Positions 36,442-44,032 of a stretch of DNA of 49,534 bases are shown here, piece by piece. How positions within the stretch are numbered: the stretch's first letter is position 1; each line of letters starts with the position of its first letter. The notes beneath the pieces are model-generated. The model was not told the DNA's origin and made no database searches. It was given only the letters and a program-made list of their open reading frames with translations. The stretch is from a virus (Duplodnaviria > Caudoviricetes): IMG/VR virus record IMGVR_UViG_3300029822_000015, positions 1 through 49,534 of that record; one strand, given 5' to 3'. The translations under genes and the position numbers were made by a program.

Positions 36442-37956
36442 TCATGCTAGCTCCATTCTATCAGCAATCGCCTTAATAACGGGCACTGTCACACTATTAC
36501 CAGCCTGCTTGTATAATTGACTGTCACTTAATCTAGCTTGTTTTGCACGATTGAACGCCCAATCTGGGAACCCTTGTAAGCGCCACGCTTCTAATGGGGT
36601 TATTTTCCTTATACGCCACTTACTTTGTTTTTGTGATACAAAGGATCCCCGTATTTTTTCCATCTGATGTAATGTTTGTTGCAAAGATGGTATCCTTTTG
36701 CTAGCTTTCCACAAATTTTGCATATATTCCTTTTTCTGTGTTGCTTCATGTGGCAACTTCTGCACAAAGCAATTAAATTCTCTGGTGAATTGTTCTGAAT
36801 ATTTCCGTCGGTATGATGGGTATCTATATTCTTGGTTGCTCCACAAATCTTGCAAGTTGTATCCGTATCGATTTCTCTGGCTCTCTTGTGGGCTACATAC
36901 CAACTCACATTTCCTGATTTTTGATGAGCCTTGTGATAATAATTGCTCATACATAATCTGTCGCAAAACTTCCGTCGTTGAAACCAGCTTGGAGATTCTT
37001 TCACTCCATTTGGCATAATTTTCATTTTTAGCTCTTTCCCACAATTGGGACAAAATTTTTGTTTCATGTTTTATAAGGTCTCCATTATCCTCCACCAACG
37101 TAGCTTGCTCTTGCCCAGTAGTCAAAGTGTTGGCTTTACTACGCCCAACTCTTCCCCGTCTAGTTTTTGAATTCGGCTGTGAAAGATTAATTGCGTCACC
37201 AACAGTTGCAATATCAAATCCTTTTTTTGTAGCTTCTTTAACCATTACTTTAGGCTCTTGTCCGCCACCTTGCATAGTGCTAAGTGTTGGTGCAATCCCG
37301 TTAGTCCCATATACTCGTCCCACCTGTGGGTTACCACCGAAGGGCTTCGAATTGCTGATGTTACCAACCTGGTTTACTGCTTTATCTGGCTTATCAGTTT
37401 CTCCGTTTTTTCTGACGATAGGAAATACTTTTCTGGTACGTCTTCCTCTAAGATGTCCGATAATGAACAGGCGCTCCCTGTGCTGAGGAACGAATTGGGC
37501 TGAATCGAAAACGTCCCATTCGCAGTCATACCCGATTTCATCCAGTTCAGCTTGCACTTGGAGGAAATCCCACCCTTTGTTGATTGATAACAGGTTTTTA
37601 ACGTTTTCAATGAATAAGTAGCTGGGTTTTCGTTCTTTCGGTGTTTCTCTAAGAAGTTTTGTGACTGTAAAGAATAAACTCGATCGTTTTCCATTATTAA
37701 TTCCTTTCTGTTTTCCAGCAACTGAAATATCCTGACAAGGAAAGCCAAAACACCAACAATCCGCTTGTGGAATTTCAGTAGATATAACATCATTAATATC
37801 TTTGGCGTTCCAAATTTTATTTGCGTTATCATGAATAGCCAGATAGCTTTGGCGTGCGAAATTGTCCCACTCTACCCAACCAACACACTCATGTCCTGCC
37901 TGCTCCATTCCTAAATGAAAGCCACCAATTCCAGCAAATAGATCAATGAATTTCAT
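36442..37956 (-). CDS. C5-cytosine DNA methyltransferase with a ~150-codon insertion before motif IX
   Basis: Motifs I FAGIGG, IV GFPCQD, VI ENV, VIII QHRERLF, IX RKITPLEAWRLQGFP and X YKQAGNSV. Confidence 0.93.
   Translation of the reverse strand: MKFIDLFAGIGGFHLGMEQAGHECVGWVEWDNFARQSYLAIHDNANKIWNAKDINDVISTEIPQADCWCFGFPCQDISVAGKQKGINNGKRSSLFFTVTKLLRETPKERKPSYLFIENVKNLLSINKGWDFLQVQAELDEIGYDCEWDVFDSAQFVPQHRERLFIIGHLRGRRTRKVFPIVRKNGETDKPDKAVNQVGNISNSKPFGGNPQVGRVYGTNGIAPTLSTMQGGGQEPKVMVKEATKKGFDIATVGDAINLSQPNSKTRRGRVGRSKANTLTTGQEQATLVEDNGDLIKHETKILSQLWERAKNENYAKWSERISKLVSTTEVLRQIMYEQLLSQGSSKIRKCELVCSPQESQRNRYGYNLQDLWSNQEYRYPSYRRKYSEQFTREFNCFVQKLPHEATQKKEYMQNLWKASKRIPSLQQTLHQMEKIRGSFVSQKQSKWRIRKITPLEAWRLQGFPDWAFNRAKQARLSDSQLYKQAGNSVTVPVIKAIADRMELA
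36609..37067 (-). CDS. Zinc-finger HNH endonuclease nested in the +1 frame of the methyltransferase gene
   Basis: CPNC...FC..LC; CKIC...DTHHTDGNIQNNSPENLIALCRSCHMKQH HNH core; CKIC...LCNKHY.R...GDP; upstream GGAGG and GGAG. Confidence 0.85.
   Translation of the reverse strand: MKQKFCPNCGKELKMKIMPNGVKESPSWFQRRKFCDRLCMSNYYHKAHQKSGNVSWYVAHKRAREIDTDTTCKICGATKNIDTHHTDGNIQNNSPENLIALCRSCHMKQHRKRNICKICGKLAKGYHLCNKHYIRWKKYGDPLYHKNKVSGV
37374..37694 (-). CDS. Nested +1-frame ORF resembling a methyltransferase beta-type polypeptide
   Basis: AGAAAGGA RBS 7 nt before ATG 37694; W.KSGM...CSLSDILEEDVPEKYFLS motif. Confidence 0.6.
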   Translation of the reverse strand: MENDRVYSLQSQNFLEKHRKNENPATYSLKTLKTCYQSTKGGISSKCKLNWMKSGMTANGTFSIQPNSFLSTGSACSLSDILEEDVPEKYFLSSEKTEKLISQIKQ

Positions 37957-38315
37957 CTTCTGCGCGCCGCCTGTCCTTTTTGGTGTAGGCGCCGTCGTTC
38001 TGCGTTGCTAAGTCGCTTACGCTTGATGGTGCTAAGCCCCATCACTTCTAATCGCCTGGTTACCCAAATTTGATCATGCCCCATTAGACGTCCTATTTTT
38101 TGTGCATTGTGAACGCCATGGTCCCAATAATATTTAATTTCAACTGCATCGTCATGACTGATGTTAGTGCTAATTATTGGATACCTAACTTGTGGATCGT
38201 CTTCGTTACCAATCGCAGACTTTCTTAACTTGCGCAATAACGGATTGTCTTCTGGTACTAGCTTAATATTGCCATATTGTTTTTCTAACTTATTTAATGC
38301 CTCATAATCAAGCAT
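37953..38315 (-). CDS. Hypothetical protein, possible HTH
   Basis: GAGGGTG RBS; YG.I..VPED.PLL motif; ATGA overlap with the methyltransferase gene. Confidence 0.6.
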   Translation of the reverse strand: MLDYEALNKLEKQYGNIKLVPEDNPLLRKLRKSAIGNEDDPQVRYPIISTNISHDDAVEIKYYWDHGVHNAQKIGRLMGHDQIWVTRRLEVMGLSTIKRKRLSNAERRRLHQKGQAARRR

Positions 38316-38347
38316 TATTATCACCCTCATTATCCATGTGTGCTTAT

Positions 38348-38779
38348 TTATCTGCCAGTTGACCCAAAACCCGCTTGACCTCTATCAGTGTCTTCGCCAA
38401 CGCTGTCTACTTCAATTGCATCTGCCGCAGTATCATGGCGGACGACTAGCTGGGCAACCCGATCACCAATATTGACTACTCGAAGCGTGTTTGAGAGATT
38501 GATCAGAATAGCGTTTATCTCGCCACGGTAGCCGTTGTCTAGCGTCCCTAAAATGCACTTTAGCGGCGTTTTAAGTGACATGCCTGATCGTGGTCTGATT
38601 TCCGCCGAATAGGTAGCTGGTAGCTTAATTTTGATGCCAATTGGGATAAGCTTAGTCTCCCAAGGGTTTAGGATAACTTGTTCTGCTGCGTAAAGATCAA
38701 ACCCCGTGTCACCCTGATGCGCGCGAGTTGGTAGCTTGGCATTCTGGTTAATTTTTTCAGTCTTGATGTATACTTTCAA
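38348..38779 (-). CDS. dut: dUTPase (trimeric)
   Basis: GFDL, RPRSG, GTLDNGYRGE, GDRVAQL and RGQAGFGSTG motifs. Confidence 0.95.
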   Translation of the reverse strand: MKVYIKTEKINQNAKLPTRAHQGDTGFDLYAAEQVILNPWETKLIPIGIKIKLPATYSAEIRPRSGMSLKTPLKCILGTLDNGYRGEINAILINLSNTLRVVNIGDRVAQLVVRHDTAADAIEVDSVGEDTDRGQAGFGSTGR

Positions 38780-38783
38780 TTTT

Positions 38784-39008
38784 TTATCGTTCCTCTCGAG
38801 ACGTTTTTAGCACCTTAATAAAATTTTGTAAATCGACAATATCATAGCTGGTTCCCTGCACCAGCTCTAGTGTGTCAGCAAAAAACCGAGCACAGGGCTG
38901 ATCATTTTTTAGCAAGAAGTCATAGCTATCCTGACGCTTTTTGTAGCTATAATCGACATCTTCGTCGGTATTCTGTTCAAGTTCAAAAGCTAATTCGTTG
39001 TATTTCAT
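38784..39008 (-). CDS. Hypothetical protein
   Basis: GGAGG RBS; ATGA overlap. Confidence 0.6.
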   Translation of the reverse strand: MKYNELAFELEQNTDEDVDYSYKKRQDSYDFLLKNDQPCARFFADTLELVQGTSYDIVDLQNFIKVLKTSREER

Positions 39009-39301
39009 AAGCGGTTAACGGCCTCCTGACTAGCCTTGTTCAAGGGTTCCCAACCGCTATTTAACATTTTAGCAATAAAGTATTTGTTGTATAGGGCGGC
39101 AAAAACCGCATCGATAATCAGCTCTGCGATGTAACCGCCTAGGAAGTATACGGATAAGTTAAGCACCATAAGCACGATGGTTGCTTGCCAGTCTTTTCTA
39201 AAAAGTGGGACAAACGCGCCAAAAAGCAGTAGTGTCCATGAGTAGCCCACAGGGGCTTCCCTAACCCGCTGCGTAAATTTATTTTTGAGCTGAATTTTCA
39301 T
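39005..39301 (-). CDS. Small membrane protein (DUF2628-like)
   Basis: PVGYSWT...FG.FVPLFRKDW...YNK......GW motif. Confidence 0.75.
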   Translation of the reverse strand: MKIQLKNKFTQRVREAPVGYSWTLLLFGAFVPLFRKDWQATIVLMVLNLSVYFLGGYIAELIIDAVFAALYNKYFIAKMLNSGWEPLNKASQEAVNRL

Positions 39302-39512
39302 GATTATTTTCCTCCTTGGATAGTGCGTAAATGTCTGATACTGTCATACGATAGGCTCCTGCTACCGCATAAGCATTTTCGAGTGATAAACTCCGAATGT
39401 TTTTAGGGCTATGTTCAAGATCATAAATTCGCCGCTCTGACATGTTGGCGCGAACGGCGATGTCTGATGCTCGCAAACCTAGTTGTTGTCGGCGTTGTCG
39501 TAAAAAATTCAT
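39279..39512 (-). CDS. XRE-family HTH protein
   Basis: LRQRRQQLGLRASDIA...MSERRIYDLE. Confidence 0.8.
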   Translation of the reverse strand: MNFLRQRRQQLGLRASDIAVRANMSERRIYDLEHSPKNIRSLSLENAYAVAGAYRMTVSDIYALSKEENNHENSAQK

Positions 39513-40033
39513 TTTGTGTCACCTACTTCTACCTTGCCAAGTTCTGCAATTTTAGCTTGAACCTCGCCATTTGGAAGGGTCTTAATGTAAGCAATTAAAT
39601 CTTGATATTCTGATTCAGTAAATTGAGCGTATCTGTCGTCGCATAAAGCCTCTTTGTCAACCCATCTAATATGATGGTATTCTCCTTCTTTAACCCAAGC
39701 AAGAAAGGGGATTTGAGAGTCCCCGTCGTTAGCAATAATCACGTTGTATTTTTTAGAATCGCGTTTAGCAATCGGCGTGTTAGCGTATGCTGCTACAAGA
39801 TCAGCAACTTTTTCTCGTTCACTATGTGTCGTATCTAAAGCTTCACTGGTAAGATCTAAAACATATGAGGCACGATCATGTTTACTGATTCTTGCAATTT
39901 CTGTATCAGAATAAGCCATAGTCGGATCATAGTAGGCCAGTTTCACAAAAACATAATCTACGTTTTGGCTAATGGATACCCAATTAGTACCAAATAGCTC
40001 TACTAGTTTTTTGATAAAAGTTTTTGTATCCAT
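39509..40033 (-). CDS. Hypothetical phage protein
   Basis: GAGGAGG RBS before MDTKTFIKK; YANTP...R and QFTESE motifs. Confidence 0.65.
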   Translation of the reverse strand: MDTKTFIKKLVELFGTNWVSISQNVDYVFVKLAYYDPTMAYSDTEIARISKHDRASYVLDLTSEALDTTHSEREKVADLVAAYANTPIAKRDSKKYNVIIANDGDSQIPFLAWVKEGEYHHIRWVDKEALCDDRYAQFTESEYQDLIAYIKTLPNGEVQAKIAELGKVEVGDTK

Positions 40034-40148
40034 TTTATAGATCCTCCTCAATTTTTAATAACTCGGCATTAAGCTCGCTGTGCAGTGGCCATTTGCTTCG
40101 TAAGCCCCGTAAGTTATCTATAGTTAGTGGCTTAAGGTCAAGGGTCTT

Positions 40149-40300
40149 GTCAATTACTCGGTAATAAATTACCGAGCTTGTAACTCACACCCCTAACGGG
40201 GTCGTAGTACAAACGTCTGACAACTCCTACCAAAGTGGTTACATCATCGGGTGATTGACAGCACCCGTTTAACTACTAGAGTTTATCCAGTAGCTATTCT
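40149..40300 (-). ncRNA. Putative omega-RNA scaffold of the IS1341-like TnpB
   Basis: Non-coding right end with GTCAA (40253-40257, minus strand) complementary to the terminal TTGAC, and internal hairpins. Confidence 0.55.
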
Positions 40301-41502
40301 TGATTAGCTTGCAATTGATTAAAGGTGGTTTCTTTATTCGTTACCCAGTTAGCGCCAAGGAGTTGAATATTCATGGCGCCAATCCGATCATCGTTGCTGG
40401 TATAACCACAATGCTTGCAATGGTACTCATGAGTACCGTGGTTACGGGCTTGCTTATCAATCACGCCACATTTAGGGCAACGCTGACTGGTGTAATGAGC
40501 GTCTACTTTAACAACCGTTGAACCTCTCAGCTCAGCTTTGTAAGCTAAGAATTGTTCAAGTTGGTAGAAAGACCAACTAACCTGCTCATAATGTCTTGGC
40601 TTTGCTACTTTCTCGGTAGCAAATCGGACATTGGTTAAGTCTTCAATTACAAACACAGTGCCAGTGCCATATTTATCAACGAGTGTCTTAGTTACTTGAT
40701 GATTGATGTCACTCATCCAGCGGTTTTCTCGTTGACCAATGGCTTTTAGACGGTGCTTGGCTGACTTAGTACCTTTACTTTGCAATTGCTGACGTAATCT
40801 CTTGTACTTTCTACGTGTAGCCAGTATCTTTTTACCAGACACAAATGATACTTCACCCTGTTCATCAAAGGAGGTGGCTAGAAATCTTAATCCCCGGTCA
40901 ATACCTACTACATGTTTAAGCGTGGTTTTGTTGAACTCAGGATTATCAAGGGTACAAGAAACATGTAGGTAGTAACGACCACAAGACTTAACCAGCTTAG
41001 CGGTCCCGAGTTTCCCTTGTTTCAGATAATCTTCAAAGCCTTTAGCACTGTAATTAACCTTTTCCCTAGTAGCAATAGTATTGATGGAGAGCTGGGACTT
41101 AACAAAAGACCAGTCACGTACAGATACCAGGTCATATTGGGGACGGTTAAAACGAATAGGCTTTTGCAACCAAGTTAAATCTCGTTTTTCTTTGTACCAC
41201 TCCCTTGTATTTTTATCTTGGTACTTGTAAGGTTTCTTACTAATTTGGTTATTGACTGCTTTGTAGCGTGCCAAGACCGTTTTAAACACTGATTGAGTCA
41301 TCTGTGCTTTTAACCCAAATTTGTTTCTGATTAAATGATACAACGACTTTTGCAGGTCAGCCTGCTTTGGCTTAAAAATATGGTCAAAATAGTAGTTAGA
41401 AACTAAGTTGCAAGCCAACCGATACTGCTCCATAGTTGCTTCTAACAAGCTGGATTGCTTATCTGTAGGATACAGATGGATTTTTAAAGAAATAGTTGTC
41501 AA
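40294..41502 (-). CDS. tnpB: RNA-guided endonuclease TnpB
   Basis: VGIDRG, VIEDL, YTSQRCPKC...CKHC and NDDRIGAMNI motifs. Confidence 0.95.
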   Translation of the reverse strand: MTTISLKIHLYPTDKQSSLLEATMEQYRLACNLVSNYYFDHIFKPKQADLQKSLYHLIRNKFGLKAQMTQSVFKTVLARYKAVNNQISKKPYKYQDKNTREWYKEKRDLTWLQKPIRFNRPQYDLVSVRDWSFVKSQLSINTIATREKVNYSAKGFEDYLKQGKLGTAKLVKSCGRYYLHVSCTLDNPEFNKTTLKHVVGIDRGLRFLATSFDEQGEVSFVSGKKILATRRKYKRLRQQLQSKGTKSAKHRLKAIGQRENRWMSDINHQVTKTLVDKYGTGTVFVIEDLTNVRFATEKVAKPRHYEQVSWSFYQLEQFLAYKAELRGSTVVKVDAHYTSQRCPKCGVIDKQARNHGTHEYHCKHCGYTSNDDRIGAMNIQLLGANWVTNKETTFNQLQANQE

Positions 41503-41768
41503 TTAGTTCACCTTCTTTCACTAAAAAATAGTGTGACATATTTTAGTGAAACAGTCAATATCATAAAAACAATTGAAAGGAAGTGAATTGCCCAAGACGA
41601 CGATTCCTCTCGGCACTAAGGTACCGAGTTTCCTCGTCTGGCAACTCTTATGAAGCACCGTATTTGATACCCGTACAAAGCTATTATCACTATCACCAAA
41701 GGTCTCTACTCGTAAACTTCCATCAACATCTTTTCTCATGTTTTTTTCCTCCTTCTTTAACAAAACCT

Positions 41769-41797
41769 ATGATAGCATCTTCTGCAAAATATTGCAA
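41769..41797 (-). promoter_or_regulatory. SigA-type promoter for the accessory operon
   Basis: TTGCAA-17 nt-TATCAT with a TG extension. Confidence 0.65.
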
Positions 41798-41808
41798 CAT
41801 CTATTTTT

Positions 41809-41843
41809 AAAAAAGTCGAGCGCCCTATCAGTAGCGCCCGACT
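41809..41843 (-). terminator. Terminator after the helicase
   Basis: AGTCGGGCG...CGCTCGACT stem plus T tract. Confidence 0.75.
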
Positions 41844-41894
41844 AAAGGAGATTGCTCTGCCAGCTTGGTCAAACTAGCACCTTAAGTATAACCC

Positions 41895-43277
41895 CTATTT
41901 AGTGTTCTCATCAAGCTGGGCTTTAACGGCTTCTAAAAGTGCGTCTTGACCCTTAGCTTTATGCTCGATAATTGCCATGATGTGCTCATCGATTGTCCCC
42001 TTAGTAATCAAGTGGTAGACAACTACGGGCTTAGTTTGGCCCTGACGATCAAGCCTTTTATTAGCTTGCTGATACTGTTCGAGCGACCATGTCAAACCAA
42101 ACCAGACAATGATATGGCCGCCTGCTTGGAGATTTAGCCCATGCCCGCTAGACTGCGGCTGTGCTAACATTAAGGGGATCTTACCCTCATTCCAGTCCGT
42201 GATGTTGTCTTCGGTCAATCTGACCGCTTCGGGAAATCGCTTAAGGATCCGTTCAAGGTCAAACTTGAAGTGATAGAAGACCAGCACCGGCTGGCCGTTA
42301 GCGGCTTCATAGATGTCTGCTAGATCATCTAGCTTGTTATCGCTAAACTCAATGTAATGCCCGGTCGCGTTACCATCTAAGTCAGTAGTGTAAATTGCAC
42401 CGTTAGCAAGTTGTGAAAGCTTACCCGCTAAGACCGCCGCGTTAGCTGCTGAAACTTCCTCGCCTGCGCTGACTGGTAGCACGTAGTTTTTCTTAAGCTC
42501 GGCATAAGTCTTAGTTTGTTTAGGAGTCAGCTCGTTATAGGTGTTTTCATTTATCCGCGGTGGTAAGTCAAGATAATCCTCGGACTTCATCGAAACACAG
42601 ATGTCACCTATTTTTTTATAGATCTGTTCTTCGGCACCAGGGATTGGCGCCCACGAGTAGACCACGTGGCCATTTTGTTGGGCTGGATAAAAATAACTTT
42701 GTCGGTACTGGGTTACATTTTTACCTAGTCGCTGTCCGTGATCTAGCAAGTAAAGCTGCGGCCACAACTCAAGCAAGCTATTTGGTGCGGGGGTTCCTGT
42801 TAAGCCGATCATGCGTGTTATTTTTTGAGATAGTTTTTTTAAGACTTTAAAGCGCTTGGCTTTAGTTGATTTAAAGCTAGATAGCTCATCAATGATAACC
42901 GTTTTAAAAGGCCATCGTGATTTATAGTATTCTGCCAACCAAACGACGTTTTCACGATTAACGATATATAAGTCCGCTTTAACGTCTAAAGCCCTTAGAC
43001 GTTGTTTTTGGGTGCCCAGAATGCAGCTGTAGGTCATGTCTTTAAAGGCATCCCACTTAGCGATCTCTTTTGGCCAAGTGTCTTTAGCAACTTTTTTCGG
43101 CGCGATGATAAGCACCTTTTGATCTAGCACGCCAAAGTCATCAAGTTCTTGGAGTGCGGTTAGTGTGATCAGAGTTTTGCCAAGTCAAAGCCCCATATCT
43201 AAAAATAAGCCCGCGTGTGAGCGTTCCTCAATAAACGTTGCGGCATATTTTTGATATGGGTATAGATCTGCTTTCAT
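41895..43277 (-). CDS. SNF2-family helicase with an in-frame TGA (43185-43187) in Walker A
   Basis: MKADLYPYQ...GLFLDMGL*LGKT in frame with IIDELS, LTGTP, GHGLNLQ and RLDRQGQ; GGAGG RBS and ATGA overlap at 43274-43277. Confidence 0.88.
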
Positions 43278-43561
43278 AAGCTAACCACCTCCTTTTTGAT
43301 AAATCCATCGACCTCTTGCTTACTATGAAGCACATAAACGTCAACCTGCTTACTACGAATCACCCGATGCCATCTAAGCTGCAAGGGCCGTGGGTGGTGG
43401 TTAGCATCTCGTTTTAATTCGACAAAAACCACCCGGCCATTAGGCCAGATGATTAGTCGATCAGGGACGCCTGCATTACCAGGGCTAACAAATTTTAAGC
43501 ACAATCCATTAACTGCTTTAACGCGTTTAATGAGATAGCGCTCAACATCATTTTCAATCAA
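43274..43561 (-). CDS. VRR-NUC domain nuclease
   Basis: KFVSPGNAGVPDRL...FVELK...PRPLQ; probable TTG start. Confidence 0.9.
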   Translation of the reverse strand: MIENDVERYLIKRVKAVNGLCLKFVSPGNAGVPDRLIIWPNGRVVFVELKRDANHHPRPLQLRWHRVIRSKQVDVYVLHSKQEVDGFIKKEVVSL

Positions 43562-43635
43562 AGTCAGCACCCGCGTCATCAGCAATCAATGAATTTAGCT
43601 TTACCCAAAATGGGGTGTTCTTGTATGATCGTTTG

Positions 43636-43932
43636 TTATAGTCCATAATTTTTAAGCTCCTTTTTGAGTGCAGCGTTAGCATCTTTTAAGTCATCAGTAA
43701 CTGCACCTAAAGGACTTGGAATGTCCGCGCCAAACTGCTTAACCGCAATGTCTCGAAGTGCCTCACGATAGCCCACTCGTTTGGAAAGCATAACTAGCTT
43801 ATCCGCATCAGCCGCATCGTTTTTGCCATTGATAAAGTCGTCTACCAGTCGAATGATCAGCTTATCAAAACTGGCCCACGGCATGTCATTGAGTTGCTTT
43901 CTAAGTGCATCTAACTTTTTATAATCTTTCAT
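43636..43932 (-). CDS. Hypothetical protein
   Basis: AAAGGTG RBS; ORF track. Confidence 0.65.
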   Translation of the reverse strand: MKDYKKLDALRKQLNDMPWASFDKLIIRLVDDFINGKNDAADADKLVMLSKRVGYREALRDIAVKQFGADIPSPLGAVTDDLKDANAALKKELKNYGL

Positions 43933-44032
43933 TTTTTATCACCTTTCTCGATCCTAAATTCAGAGTTTGGATTGATCACTTTTTATGCCAAAGCTCAAAC
44001 CAACCAATAAACCCTAACATATTTTTATCCTC

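Larger units (their letters stand above)
40149..41649 (-). mobile_element. IS200/IS605-family (IS1341-like, tnpB-only) element
   Basis: Related subterminal hairpins CTCGGTACCTTAGTGCCGAG (left) and CTCGGTAATTTATTACCGAG (right); right end TTGAC; inserted 3' of TTCAT. Confidence 0.85.
40035..41739 (-). pseudogene. 67-codon gene interrupted by the IS1341-like element (parts 41739-41650 and 40148-40035)
   Basis: Removing 40149-41649 rejoins ...VLH|KTLDLKP...EEDL* in frame; AAGGAGG RBS. Confidence 0.7.

Noticed and set aside
36698-37018. 106-aa plus-strand ORF opposite the nested HNH
   Set aside because: No RBS or motif; probably a consequence of constraint from two overlapping sense frames.
36609-37075. 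Intein or group I intron explanation for the methylase insert
   Set aside because: No Cys/Ser start or His-Asn end in the host frame, the nuclease is out of frame, and no non-coding sequence is left for a ribozyme.
41521-41763. 80-aa ORF as an intact gene
   Set aside because: It is a chimera of the interrupted gene's first 30 codons and read-through into the IS left end.
43185-43187. Genome-wide TGA reassignment (alternative genetic code)
   Set aside because: TGA ends many genes here (ATGA overlaps at 43274, 37953, 39005) and no other internal TGA or suppressor tRNA was seen.
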